A DNA stretch of 64,000 nt from Thermoplasmata archaeon (GCA_041489255.1 JBGPQV010000002.1:32001-96000); one strand, 5' to 3'; shown: positions 1-10,146, counted from the first letter of the stretch. Translations and numbers: made by a program. Notes: generated by a model from the letters alone, not told the origin.

Positions 1-1
1 A

Positions 2-874
2 CGTGTCCTGTTCCCGCTCATAGTAGGTGAAGTTACCGCGCACCTGACCGTGACCATTCGGCGCATCCCGAATCTGGATGTAATCGACGCCGACCCCGGT
101 CACCGTCAGCTTCCCAGTCATGTTGGTGACGGATGTGCCGACGGGCGTCGCATTCACGTAGGTGTGACCTATCGCGCTCGCGTAGAAGTTGATTAGGGGA
201 TAGCATGAGACGGTCGTCCCGCTGCCCTCACAGCCGCCGATCCTGCCTGAGGGTGACGAGTAGAGATATCCCACGGAAAGGTTCGTCGATGTCCAGTTCG
301 ACACGATGTCGTCGAGGAAATTGCCGCCGGAATCGTAGGCGGCAGCGTAGAATTTGTCCTTGTCCCCGCTCTGGTACGTCGCCGGTCCGACCCATGTTCC
401 CGCCCCGCCCTGTTCCGAGCGCACGATCACGCTGTCGACGTTGTCGACCGAGACCCGCAGCGGACCCGTGTCGTTCGTGGTCGTGAGGTTACCAGGGGTA
501 ATGTGATAATATGCGCGGACATGCGCGATGCCGTATCCGTTGGTGTATATCTTCGCGCTTGACCCATATGTGTGGTTGACCCGGATGACTTGGTTTCCCC
601 TCGCGAGGCCGCTCTCCGTAAACTGCCAGTAGACGGGAACGTCCTGAACCCAGCCGGACGATGCGTTGTAACCCGCAGCCCAGAAGGTGTCATTGTCTCC
701 AAAGGTGTAGTCTCGGCTTGCCACCCAAGAGCCAGCGCCGCCAGGCGCATCCACTACCATGACGTAATCGACAGTCGGATCCGCACGAACGCGCTCGGGG
801 AGCGCGACCAAGAATCCGACCGTCATTCCCAGCAACACGACCGCCAGCATAACCGACTCGACGCACTTGCGCAT
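2..874 (-). CDS. Secreted/surface protein, partial (runs off the left edge)
   Basis: Manual translation from ATG at 874: MRKCVESVMLAVVLLGMTVGFLVALPERVRA-DPTVDYVMVVDAPGGAGSW...; signal-peptide-like N-terminus, beta-rich body with N-x-S/T sequons. Not in the ORF track because it is open at the edge. Confidence 0.75.
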   Translation of the reverse strand, partial: MRKCVESVMLAVVLLGMTVGFLVALPERVRADPTVDYVMVVDAPGGAGSWVASRDYTFGDNDTFWAAGYNASSGWVQDVPVYWQFTESGLARGNQVIRVNHTYGSSAKIYTNGYGIAHVRAYYHITPGNLTTTNDTGPLRVSVDNVDSVIVRSEQGGAGTWVGPATYQSGDKDKFYAAAYDSGGNFLDDIVSNWTSTNLSVGYLYSSPSGRIGGCEGSGTTVSCYPLINFYASAIGHTYVNATPVGTSVTNMTGKLTVTGVGVDYIQIRDAPNGHGQVRGNFTYYEREQDT

Positions 875-1113
875 CTCTTCAACTCCCTGGACCCACCCAT
901 GGCGAGGTCATTGACAGTGCAGCAACGCGCGCACCTAAATAGTAATCTGAGCAGTTTCGATATGTCCGTTACCCCACATAAACGACCGGATGTGGCCCAT
1001 CGGGCAACCCGTCGAGTGCTTGCGTGATGGCGGCGGTAATCCTGGCGTGTCGTGATTCCCCGGCCATGGCTCCTCGAACGACTATGCTGCGACTCTCAAG
1101 ACGCGTCCTTTTC

Positions 1114-4100
1114 CTATCGCTTCGAGCCCTTTCGTCTCGTCTCGGGCTGATGATGATCGCCTTCAGCAGGCTTCTCTTGCGCTTTGAGGTCGTCCAATCT
1201 ACGCTTAGACTCCTTCTCGAAGCGGATCGCGATTTCCTCGAACTCCTTCCGTCTGGTTTCGAACATCTCGCGCGCCTGCTGCAGCTTCCCCGCGTCCTCC
1301 GCCAGCGCCGCCTCCTTTTCCTTCAGTAGTGCTTCCCGACTGTCGAGCTCGGAGCGCTGCTTCTGCATCGCAGCCGTCTCGGCGGCGAGCCTGGACAGCG
1401 CTGTGTTCGTCGCATCGAGCGTGCCCGCGAACGCCTTCGAACGCGCGCTCAGGTCCATCTGCTTTTCTTTTATTTCACTCACTGCCGTCTTGAGACGCAC
1501 AACGACGGCGTCTTCCGACCTGTCATGGATGTTCACGAGCATGTCCGTGGCGAATTTGATCTGCTCCTGTGAGATCGACCCGCGTGCGAGAAGGACCATG
1601 GCGAGGGAATTGCCCCAAAGCGTCTGCGCGCGATATTCCCGGACCCTAACAGGCTCATCAATCGCGTCCAGCACCCCTGCCTCGACGACCTCATCGTAGG
1701 TCACGTCGCAGCGCTGGTCGAGTGTGAATTCCCTTATCGGCTGCAGCCGGCCGTCCAGCACGAAGGCCTTGGCGGGCTTCCAGCGCTTGCGCCTGACTAG
1801 AACCACCGCCGCAAGCAGGAGCCCCAGGAGGAAGATGAACGGGATGCCCGAGACCACATAGATGTCCTTCCACCATGGCTGAATAAAGGAGACCCGCACA
1901 TGCTGCGATGCGGTCCACACACTGTCGGAGATGGTGACGGTGAATGCTGTCTCGCCTTGGCCAGCCGGGTAGGCAACCGTGAGGGTCGTTCCGTTGGCGG
2001 TGACGTACTGGGTGTCTGTCGCTGCGGTAATGCGGAAAATCGGCGTGTCGATATCGGAGATGTACGGGGTGAGGTTGAGCGTGAATGTCGCACCATCATC
2101 GATTCTGATGTCTGGAATCGGTGCCAAGATTGGCGGCTGATCCACGAAGCGGACCGTGACGAGGAACGTGCTTTCCACATAGAGGCCCGATGGATCCGTC
2201 GCCCGGACGCTCATCGTCTCCGAACCGAACCAGTACATCGGCGCCCAAAGGTCCACCGTCCCGTTCGGGTTGATACGGGAGCTCATCTGGACGCCGCCCA
2301 GGATCGAGTATGTCACAAGATCTCCGTCGATGTCGAAGAAGTGGATTGAGACATCCCCGCTGAAGACATTCGTTCCGACGGAGTTCTCGTAGAATGAGAC
2401 CGACGGGAACCCAACAACGAGGATCGGAGCGTGGTTCACATGGCGTACCGTGACGAGGAAAGGAGCCTCCGCCCAGCTCCCGTTGACGTCGGTGGCAACG
2501 ACGCGCGGAATCTCCTGTCCCCACCAGTGGGTTCTGGCCCACACGTCTATGGTCAAGTCCGCATTGACCCGCCAATATACATTGGTCTCTCCATAGATCG
2601 CATAGTCTAGCTCGCCCCCATCCCTGTCATAGAAATACGCGGATATGGGGCCGTTGAACACATCGAGTGCGACCGTGTCCTCGTCGAAAATGACGTTTGG
2701 CAATTCCAAGATCTGGATTGGCTGGTAATTCACGGGGATGACCGTGACCACGAACGGCCCCTCCGCGAAATCGCCGAAGGGGTCGGTCGCCCGCACAGTC
2801 AGTGTCTCCAATCCTGACCAGTTGGTCGCCCCCCAGACATCGACTGTCCCGTCCGGATTGATGCGGGAGAAGACATTGACGCCGCCCGACATAGTGATGG
2901 TCAACGGGTCTCCATCGGGATCATTGAAGAAGGCACTCGCGCTCCCGCCAAGGGCGTCGAACGCGATCGAGTTCTCGTCGAAGGACACCGGCGGGAATGA
3001 CGTCACGAGGGCAGGCGGGTGGTTCACGTCGCGGACCACAACTAGGAACGCGCCCTCTGCGAACCCACCGGTCGGGTCCATTGCCCTCAATCGCAGGATC
3101 TCCAGGCCGTGCCAGTGCAGGCTCGCCCAGAAATCGACCTTGCTGTCGGCATCCACCCTCGAGAATACGTTGACTGCGTCCAGGACCTGGAACGAGAGCA
3201 TGTCTCCGTCGGGGTCGTTGAAGAACGTCGTGGCCGGCGTGCTGAACCCATCGAAAGCGACCGTGTCTTCATCGAACGTGACCGTCGGGAGGGGAGCGAC
3301 GAGGACTGGCGGACTCTGATCGGATGAGATTATCCTGATCAAAGCCCACGCTGTGTCTGCGCCATCGGACGCCCAGAGCGTGACTGTGTACGTGCCGATG
3401 GTGGAGTATGTCACATCCAAGGACGGGAAAGCGCCAGGATTCACGACGACACTCGCAGGATCCGAATCCCATATCGAGAGCGCCGCGAGAGGCGTGTCCG
3501 GATCAGTCAGGTAGAATGTGAGATTGAGGCGGTAGGTGGAAGCGACATGGACGTAGAGGTCGGGGATTGGGGCGATTGAAGGCGGCGCAGGCCCTGCGAC
3601 GTAGTTGCCCACGCCCTGCACCGAGTCCCAGCCCGTGAGGCCGACATGGTCGACGGCCACGGCGCGCAACGTAACACCGTTTATCGGCGAACCCGGGATC
3701 CAGAGATATGAGCCGTCGATGATGGACTCCGAGCCGATGGCATGCCAGACGCCATCAAAGTATGTGAAGTCCACGCGCACGACATCAGGGACGGTGGTGT
3801 AGACGATTGTGAGCGTCCCGTTCCCAATCTGGTTGTCGACTACATTCCTGATCGTGATTGCGGGCGGAGTGTTGTCCACCTCGATCGGGGTGACGACCGT
3901 CATGTTCGTTGCGGTGAGGCTGTTCGTCACCGTGGCGAGTAGGATGCCGTTCGTGAAGCTCAATCCGGAGGTGTCCCAGTAATAGGTGCCGACGAGCGCA
4001 GAGGTGACGCCGATGAGCTTCCATAGCATCCCATCATTATACTCGAACCTGACCGAGACCGCGTCCGGGCTATTGCGGTAGTTGATCGGCGCGACGCCGG

Positions 4101-6762
4101 TCAAAACCCCCCCAGGGACTGGATTGCTGATTGTTATCCACGGGGGTGTGCCGAGGGTGACGTGAATCTCTGCCGTCCCATTGATTGCGTTGAACGACGC
4201 CTGCAAGGTGCCGTTCGCGGCCGGCGGATTCGCGGCGAAAAGGACGATTTGCCCCCACGAAACGTTGAGACTCCCCACGCCACCGAAGACAGCCCAAGTG
4301 AAATTGATGCCTGGGACGAGGTTGTCAAGAGCGTCGTATGCCTCAGCAGTGAATATCTGGGATGCGAAGGCCTGGACGGTGACATTGTCGGGAGCGATTG
4401 ACACTCGGCCCACCGGTCCGGGCGAGACCATCATGTCGTCGCTCAATCCCGTTGTGGTGCCTGAAAAGACTAAGATTCGAATTGTTTCCGCCTTGGTGTA
4501 TGACTCCCCCGTCAACGTTCCGGTGCCTCCTGCCACTATCGGGAGCGACGTTCCGCCCAGTATTCCGCTGCCAGGCGTCACTCCATCCTGGAGGACGGCG
4601 GCAAGCGAGACCAAACCGGTCCAAGAGACGATAGTCGCGTTCATCGGGTCCTTGGCGGTCACGGTGACTGAGAAAGCTGCTCCCGCCACAGTGGATTGGG
4701 GGACACCCACATAGAAGTGGTCAATCTTCTGCGTGTACGTGAGCCTCATCTCGCTCAGAGATGGTGAGACAAGGACATCTATCGTCGAAAGACTCGCACG
4801 GAACCGAATCTTGCCGGTGGCGATGCTGACCGACTGCATGTTGGAAGGAGGAGCGACGGGGGTCCAGCTCCCTCCGGAGTCGAGGGAATATTCATATGAG
4901 ATCGTCTGGCCATTCGGATTGTCCACGACGGTGAAGTTCCCCCATCCGGCGAAGCTTGCGGGTGCGAGGTCGGCTGTCTCGATCGTTCCCTGCAACGGGT
5001 AGAAGAACCAAGAGATGTTGACGTTCCCGATGGCCGGGACATGACCCGGTGTCCCGACAGAGAAGCTCAGACGGTATTGGACATACCGCGATCCACCCGA
5101 CATCGGCGAGGTGGCTGGTGTCGGATACGGCGAGGACCAACCGGACCATGTCGGGTCTACCGGTGTCGTGTCGCCGATTCGCGTCTGGACCGTGATTCTC
5201 GCATCGTCGGGCAGGGTGAAGCGCATGTAATCGACATCGACCGTCAGCGCCGATCCAGACATTCCGTCAGCTGCATAGAGCGCAACCCGCAATCCCATTG
5301 AATACGGAGATGCCGGGGTGTAGACGTCCCGCACCGTCCATGACACGCCGTTAGTACTGGTTGAAGCGGTGAACTTGTCTCCCGAGCGCTCAATCCGCAC
5401 CCACGCAGGGACTGGATTCCCGCTGCCGACGTTCACGCGGCCCGTCGTCACACCGTCATCCGTCGAGCGCGCGCGCCATGTCCGCACACCGCCAACATTG
5501 TCCTTCCCGATGCTGTACCAGTTGCGGCTGTCGACCAAGACCATGAGGCCTGCCTCCTGACCGTCCACCGTCGGATTGACATTGTACTTCATCGTTGCGG
5601 TGAAATCGCCTGCGAGGTCCTGCGACAGGATCTCGCCCGTGAATATTTCGTCGGCGAAGTCGACACCAATGCCCGACACCAAGTGCAAGCTCCCCGGCCT
5701 GGTCACCCCCACATCATAGGTGGCTGGCGGGTTCGTCCAGATCCATTTCGGATCCAGGGATGAGCCGTCAAACTCGTCTGAAAGGAGATCCTTGACCTGG
5801 GGATTCCAAGAAATGTTCTTCCAGAGGGCCGGGGATCCTGGGCCGCTTATCTTGGAGACATACTCACCTGCCACTCCGATCGCCCTGTACCAGATGTCGA
5901 GCTTCGGACGCAGATCGGGGTTGACTGCGTATTCAGATGAGTAGAATACTTTGTTGCAGTTTGGCCCGGGATTCGGCCCCTCGAGAATCAACCCGAGGTT
6001 GTTCAGCCGACCCCGATGCCAGAGGTCCACCATTTGGGTGACATTCCAAGACTTCCATCCAAGGGTATTGTCGACGACCTTGCTCTCCGCGGTGCGCAAG
6101 CCGAAATCGCCACCACCGGTCGTCCAAGGAACCCCTGTGAGGCGGTTGTCCCAGTTCGCTTGGTTCTCGTCCCAACGCGTCGTGACGTAATGTGCGTTGG
6201 AGGTCACGGGATTCCCTTCGCCTGAATTCTGATAGAGGCTCAGTATCGCCGAATCAATTACAATGCTCGCGGGGATTGCCGAAAGGTTGAACCGGAGGAT
6301 TGGGTGTGCCCCACCGTTCTCGATTATGGTCGTCGACGGGCCGTAGTTAACGGACCGGCTGTTCCAATCGAGGTATGTGTCCTCGCCTCCCAGACCCGGC
6401 TGGATCGTCAGCTGGGCGAGTGGTGCCGCGCTCGCGCTCAACGCCACATCCCCGGGCCATCGGGTTACCGTAACATTGTTCGTGCTTTCCGCTCCAGAAA
6501 AATCAGCTATTGTTGTGCTATTCCACCAGAAGGTCGGCTGGCGCTCGAGGGTCACATTCCCGTCGACGATTTCGGTGTTCGTGAAGGTGTAGTCAGACGG
6601 ATTGGTGAAGTTCCAGACGGCGTCCGACGTGCCGTCGGGGTTGTTCGTGATGAACGGATCCGCGGCGACCCTGCCCGGGTTCTGAGCGGTTATTGCCGCT
6701 GTTAGAGTAATCATGATGCTGACTGCCAGCGTTCCGGCGATGTCGCGATTCATCGGATGCAT
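1114..6762 (-). CDS. Giant surface adhesin-like protein: DNRLRE-like domain, ConA/LamG-like domain, Ig/cadherin-like repeats, C-terminal TM, cytoplasmic domain and coiled coil
   Basis: 1904-aa ORF; likely start 6762 or 6753 (GGAG upstream, then signal peptide). EDTYL..NYG..ILRFNLS..WDENQANW..RPKL resembles DNRLRE/CBM96; 4 tandem ~98-aa repeats; TM GIPFIFLLGLLLAAVVLV-RRKR. Confidence 0.85.
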   Translation of the reverse strand: MHPMNRDIAGTLAVSIMITLTAAITAQNPGRVAADPFITNNPDGTSDAVWNFTNPSDYTFTNTEIVDGNVTLERQPTFWWNSTTIADFSGAESTNNVTVTRWPGDVALSASAAPLAQLTIQPGLGGEDTYLDWNSRSVNYGPSTTIIENGGAHPILRFNLSAIPASIVIDSAILSLYQNSGEGNPVTSNAHYVTTRWDENQANWDNRLTGVPWTTGGGDFGLRTAESKVVDNTLGWKSWNVTQMVDLWHRGRLNNLGLILEGPNPGPNCNKVFYSSEYAVNPDLRPKLDIWYRAIGVAGEYVSKISGPGSPALWKNISWNPQVKDLLSDEFDGSSLDPKWIWTNPPATYDVGVTRPGSLHLVSGIGVDFADEIFTGEILSQDLAGDFTATMKYNVNPTVDGQEAGLMVLVDSRNWYSIGKDNVGGVRTWRARSTDDGVTTGRVNVGSGNPVPAWVRIERSGDKFTASTSTNGVSWTVRDVYTPASPYSMGLRVALYAADGMSGSALTVDVDYMRFTLPDDARITVQTRIGDTTPVDPTWSGWSSPYPTPATSPMSGGSRYVQYRLSFSVGTPGHVPAIGNVNISWFFYPLQGTIETADLAPASFAGWGNFTVVDNPNGQTISYEYSLDSGGSWTPVAPPSNMQSVSIATGKIRFRASLSTIDVLVSPSLSEMRLTYTQKIDHFYVGVPQSTVAGAAFSVTVTAKDPMNATIVSWTGLVSLAAVLQDGVTPGSGILGGTSLPIVAGGTGTLTGESYTKAETIRILVFSGTTTGLSDDMMVSPGPVGRVSIAPDNVTVQAFASQIFTAEAYDALDNLVPGINFTWAVFGGVGSLNVSWGQIVLFAANPPAANGTLQASFNAINGTAEIHVTLGTPPWITISNPVPGGVLTGVAPINYRNSPDAVSVRFEYNDGMLWKLIGVTSALVGTYYWDTSGLSFTNGILLATVTNSLTATNMTVVTPIEVDNTPPAITIRNVVDNQIGNGTLTIVYTTVPDVVRVDFTYFDGVWHAIGSESIIDGSYLWIPGSPINGVTLRAVAVDHVGLTGWDSVQGVGNYVAGPAPPSIAPIPDLYVHVASTYRLNLTFYLTDPDTPLAALSIWDSDPASVVVNPGAFPSLDVTYSTIGTYTVTLWASDGADTAWALIRIISSDQSPPVLVAPLPTVTFDEDTVAFDGFSTPATTFFNDPDGDMLSFQVLDAVNVFSRVDADSKVDFWASLHWHGLEILRLRAMDPTGGFAEGAFLVVVRDVNHPPALVTSFPPVSFDENSIAFDALGGSASAFFNDPDGDPLTITMSGGVNVFSRINPDGTVDVWGATNWSGLETLTVRATDPFGDFAEGPFVVTVIPVNYQPIQILELPNVIFDEDTVALDVFNGPISAYFYDRDGGELDYAIYGETNVYWRVNADLTIDVWARTHWWGQEIPRVVATDVNGSWAEAPFLVTVRHVNHAPILVVGFPSVSFYENSVGTNVFSGDVSIHFFDIDGDLVTYSILGGVQMSSRINPNGTVDLWAPMYWFGSETMSVRATDPSGLYVESTFLVTVRFVDQPPILAPIPDIRIDDGATFTLNLTPYISDIDTPIFRITAATDTQYVTANGTTLTVAYPAGQGETAFTVTISDSVWTASQHVRVSFIQPWWKDIYVVSGIPFIFLLGLLLAAVVLVRRKRWKPAKAFVLDGRLQPIREFTLDQRCDVTYDEVVEAGVLDAIDEPVRVREYRAQTLWGNSLAMVLLARGSISQEQIKFATDMLVNIHDRSEDAVVVRLKTAVSEIKEKQMDLSARSKAFAGTLDATNTALSRLAAETAAMQKQRSELDSREALLKEKEAALAEDAGKLQQAREMFETRRKEFEEIAIRFEKESKRRLDDLKAQEKPAEGDHHQPETRRKGSKR
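2135..3320 (-). repeat. Four tandem ~98-aa cadherin-like/Ig repeats within the adhesin
   Basis: Recurring pattern P.L...(L/F)P.V.F.E(D/N)......F.D.DG..L.......V..R(V/I)(N/D).D..(V/I)D.W....W.G.E.....A.D..G...E..F.V.V..V(N/D) seen four times in the translation. Confidence 0.85.
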
Positions 6763-6860
6763 CTCCTGCCCGTGCCCAGAGGATGTCTTCCCCAGACTGG
6801 GCGATTCTCCAGAAAGACTCCTTCTCATTCTATATAACAGGAATCAGGTGGTTATCCCGG

Positions 6861-7115
6861 TCAATTATCAGATGAGAGAATCAATTGCGGATGTAGGATT
6901 GCGTGATCTGATTGCAGCAGACAGAAAGCTGCGCGGGGTTTGCGAGCTGTCTCAGTGATTCGGAATCCTTCGGATATCTCGTTCGCGAGAAGGCTGAAGG
7001 CGTTCTCCACGTTCGCTCCGGTCTTCGCGCTGGTCTTCAGCCACGAGCATCCCATGGACGCGCTCAGTTGCTCGATGTCGGAGTCGGAGACCCTGATCCT
7101 CTCCGCCAGATTTCC
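6861..7115 (-). pseudogene. C-terminal remnant of a Ras/Rab-like small GTPase
   Basis: Frame reads GNLAERIRVSDSDIEQLSASMGCSWLKTSAKTGANVENAFSLLANEI. The G5 motif TSAK-G-NVE-AF matches the intact GTPase at 49029-49589; no G1-G3 and no intact NKxD. Confidence 0.7.
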
Positions 7116-7270
7116 CGCACGACTCGTGGAATGGCGATTAGAGGATCCCAGCCCGATGAGCGTGCGATTGACTCAGATCCCCGCATGAATCGCGGCGCCA
7201 AACGGAGGCTTCCGCGGTACCGGGGAGAAATCTATATATGACGTACACACTATCTACATACAGTGGTTAC

Positions 7271-7516
7271 ATGGACACCAAGACCGTGGCATTGGACAGG
7301 GAGGCCTACGAGCTCCTGAGCGCTCAAAAAGACAAGGACGAGAGCTTTAGCGACGTGGTGAAGCGCCTCGCTCGCAAGCGTCGACCCCTGTCCGACTTCA
7401 TCGGGATATGGGGCAAGATGCCCAAGGATGACCTCAAGAGGATCGAGGAGGCCGTCCGGAAAGGTCGAGAGCTCGACCGCGAGCGGGCCGCCGGACTCAT
7501 GAAACTTTGGGGATAG
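7271..7516 (+). CDS. vapB: Archaeal VapB-type antitoxin (DUF217-like)
   Basis: MDTKTVALDREAYELL...ESFSDVVKRL...LSDFIGIW; directly upstream of a PIN toxin; TATA-like tctatatat at ~7231-7239. Confidence 0.85.
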   Translation: MDTKTVALDREAYELLSAQKDKDESFSDVVKRLARKRRPLSDFIGIWGKMPKDDLKRIEEAVRKGRELDRERAAGLMKLWG

Positions 7517-7519
7517 TCC

Positions 7520-7906
7520 ATGCGATGTCTCGACACCTCGTTCCTGATAGATCTCCTCAAAGGCCTTCCCGCGGCGGCAGAGAAAGCGAGGGCAATGGAC
7601 GCGGTCGGAGAGAGGCTGAGCGTCCCGGCCCCGGTGCTGACCGAAGTGCTGCGAGGTGCCTACTTCAAGGGAGGGAAGGAGCTGCATGAGACCCTTGAAC
7701 TCATGGCGAGCTTGGATGTACTGGTGGTCGATGACGAGGTCGCCGCCGAGGCGGGTCGGATGGGCGCGGAACTCCTCAAAAGAGGGAACGACGTCGGCAC
7801 AATCGACCTGCTGATCGCGGCGACGGCGAAGCTGAACAGACGGATCCTCGTCACCAGAGACTCGTCATTCTATGGAATACCGGACGTAGCTGTGGAGACG
7901 TACTGA
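7520..7906 (+). CDS. vapC: VapC PIN-domain toxin
   Basis: CLDTSFLID...E...DLLIAATA...LVTRDSSF: PIN acidic residues present. Confidence 0.92.
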   Translation: MRCLDTSFLIDLLKGLPAAAEKARAMDAVGERLSVPAPVLTEVLRGAYFKGGKELHETLELMASLDVLVVDDEVAAEAGRMGAELLKRGNDVGTIDLLIAATAKLNRRILVTRDSSFYGIPDVAVETY

Positions 7907-8038
7907 GGGCTGGAGCCGCCTCGTGGCTTCGATTTCGCGAAGCACCGAAGTCGAGTATTTCGCATTTCTGCTGTTCCCCGCAACTTTGATTATGCACCGC
8001 GCCGTTGGCGGGATGAAGAAAATGGGGGCCGGGACTGA

Positions 8039-8608
8039 ATGCAGGTGAAGGGTCTATCATCCGAACTCGTCGAGCTTCGTTCGATCGAGGATGTGCAGCT
8101 GGCGGAAATCCACAAACACCACAACCGTGAGCTGAGGCTGGAGCTCTCCGACTTCATGGACCTGGAGTTCCCCTGGGTCCCTCTGAACCAGACTCAGATC
8201 AAGGCCAAGTTCGAGGAGATGCAGAAAGAGGAGCGCACGGCGCTTTTCGGCGTCTGGTCGAGGAACAACGAGTTCGTGGGACTCGGCTGCTTCGCCGCGA
8301 GCTGGGACCCGTGGTGCCCTTTCATCAACATCATCATCTGGCCGCAGTGCCGAAGGAAGGGATACGGCGCCGAGGCCGCCAGGCTCCTCCTCGAGGCCGC
8401 GTTCAACAACAGCATCGCGCACGTCATCGGATGCAGCACCCCGGAATGGAATCCCGTCGGGATTACGTTCGCGGAGTCCCTCGGCTTCAAGAGAGCCGGC
8501 GCGAGCAGGCGTTCTGGCTTCATCGACGGCAAGTTCTTCGACCGACTCTTCTTCGACATACTCCGCGACGAGTACCTGGCGGACCAGACAAAGAAGGCGG
8601 GTGACTGA
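8039..8608 (+). CDS. GNAT acetyltransferase (RimJ/RimL-like)
   Basis: LVELRSIE, RRKGYGAEA acetyl-CoA motif, N..GITFAESLGF, FDILRDEY. Confidence 0.88.
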   Translation: MQVKGLSSELVELRSIEDVQLAEIHKHHNRELRLELSDFMDLEFPWVPLNQTQIKAKFEEMQKEERTALFGVWSRNNEFVGLGCFAASWDPWCPFINIIIWPQCRRKGYGAEAARLLLEAAFNNSIAHVIGCSTPEWNPVGITFAESLGFKRAGASRRSGFIDGKFFDRLFFDILRDEYLADQTKKAGD

Positions 8609-9156
8609 TGGACAACCTCTCAGGAAGCCTCGTGAAGCTGAGGCCGCTACGCGACGAGGACTTCGAGTTCCTGGCGGGCCTGAGGAACGACTTGAGGACC
8701 CAGGGATGGAACCAGAGGCTGCCGCCCTGCTACACCCCGAAGATGGTCAAGGAGAGGGTCGAGAAGGACTACGACAAGCCGAATCGAGGAGTCTGGGGTA
8801 TCGAGACCAAAGATGGCAAGCTCGTCGGCTACATCAACTACGAGGAGACGCCGCCGAGGCTCGGAGCGACTATAGGTGTCATCACCTGTGTCGAGTCCTG
8901 GGGGAAGGGTCACGCGAGGGAGGCGATGGAGCTCATCCTGAGGTTCCTGTTCGAGGAGCGCGGGATCCATGTGGCCTCGCTCTGGACGCTCTCCGATAGA
9001 GTGCGCATGATCGGCCTCGCGCAGAAGCTGGGTTTCAAGGCCAGCGCGCGGCTTAGAGAGAGCGCGATTGTCGGCGGGAAGGTCTATGACACCATCGTCA
9101 TGGACATGATTAGAGAGGAGTACCTCTCGAAACACTCCAAGATGGCGGGTGCTTGA
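8608..9156 (+). CDS. GNAT acetyltransferase (RimJ/RimL-like)
   Basis: VKLRPL, WGKGHAREA, AQKLGF, MDMIREEY; TGATG coupling to the upstream gene. Confidence 0.9.
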   Translation: MDNLSGSLVKLRPLRDEDFEFLAGLRNDLRTQGWNQRLPPCYTPKMVKERVEKDYDKPNRGVWGIETKDGKLVGYINYEETPPRLGATIGVITCVESWGKGHAREAMELILRFLFEERGIHVASLWTLSDRVRMIGLAQKLGFKASARLRESAIVGGKVYDTIVMDMIREEYLSKHSKMAGA

Positions 9157-9356
9157 TGGACACGCTCTCAGGTGAACTGGCATGACTGAGAGCGGTGAAA
9201 GACGAGGACCTGGAGTACTTCGCCTCCCTGAAGAACGACATGCGGACGCAGGCGGCCGGACGCAAAGACCCGCCGCGTTTCACTGCGACATTCATGAAAG
9301 AGCGTCATGAGAAGGCGCTTGGAAGTCCCATGAAAGGGCTGTGGAGCAAATTATAA
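9156..9356 (+). pseudogene. Truncated third GNAT paralog with an internal stop
   Basis: MDTLSGELA*LRAVKDEDLEYFASLKNDMRTQ...PP.FT..FMKERHEK...KGLWSKL* aligns with the N-terminal third of the upstream GNAT; TGA at 9183-9185. Confidence 0.8.
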
Positions 9357-9386
9357 ACCGCCGACGACTTTCCATGAATAATCCTC

Positions 9387-10115
9387 ATGGATCCAATTTC
9401 GCATGTCGCATCGTTCTACCTGCTGGGGAGAAGGGTCGGCGCCAAGAGACTGTGGGTGGGAATGGTCACCACATTGCTTCCCGATATGCTGTTGATTCTG
9501 ACTTTCTTCGCCAATCTCCTTACGGGACAGAGAAGCGCGGCTGACAGCACTTCGATTCTGAACCTATACTTGCACTCCGTCTTCGCCTTGCTCATTCTGC
9601 TGCCTATCGCAGTCTTCTCGCTTAGATACTTCTACGTCTCCGTCGCGGGCTATTCGATGCATCTTCTTCTTGATTACCTCACTCACACGACTGTCAGGAT
9701 GCCGTTCTACCCGCTGACGGATTGGAAGGCGCCCACACTCCTCGTGTCCTACCTGGACCCAGCTTTCCTGTTGACAGTGAGTATGACCATCTTTGCGTTG
9801 ACCGTGAATCTCGAACGCAAGAGAGTCGGCAGTGTGGTCAGAGCCCTATTCCGCGGCTCCTTGTGGAAGAGAGTCAAGCCGCTCCTTTCTGTTTACACTC
9901 TGTTAGCGTACGCATTTCCTGCCGTGTATGTGAGCACGCTCGCGCCGATGGATCCCATGCTCTTTGTCCTGTGCTCTTTTCTGCTAGGCACTAACCTGCT
10001 CCTTATTGGATTCCTGTTCTGTGCTGAACTCTATGATGACAAGAACATACAGACTCCGATTCGCCGGATGGTGAGGTTCCTATTCGGCGAGTCAGACAAT
10101 AGAGACGATACCTAG
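9387..10115 (+). CDS. Membrane-bound metal-dependent hydrolase (YdjM-like)
   Basis: MDPISH, LPD, LHSVF, HLLLD motifs; several TM segments. Confidence 0.75.
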   Translation: MDPISHVASFYLLGRRVGAKRLWVGMVTTLLPDMLLILTFFANLLTGQRSAADSTSILNLYLHSVFALLILLPIAVFSLRYFYVSVAGYSMHLLLDYLTHTTVRMPFYPLTDWKAPTLLVSYLDPAFLLTVSMTIFALTVNLERKRVGSVVRALFRGSLWKRVKPLLSVYTLLAYAFPAVYVSTLAPMDPMLFVLCSFLLGTNLLLIGFLFCAELYDDKNIQTPIRRMVRFLFGESDNRDDT

Positions 10116-10146
10116 AACACTCAGCTTGACAGCGCTGTCGCCGTCC

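Noticed and set aside
9183-9185. In-frame TGA as selenocysteine or readthrough
   Set aside because: It aligns with Lys/Glu in the paralogs, not Cys, and the gene is also truncated; a nonsense mutation is simpler.
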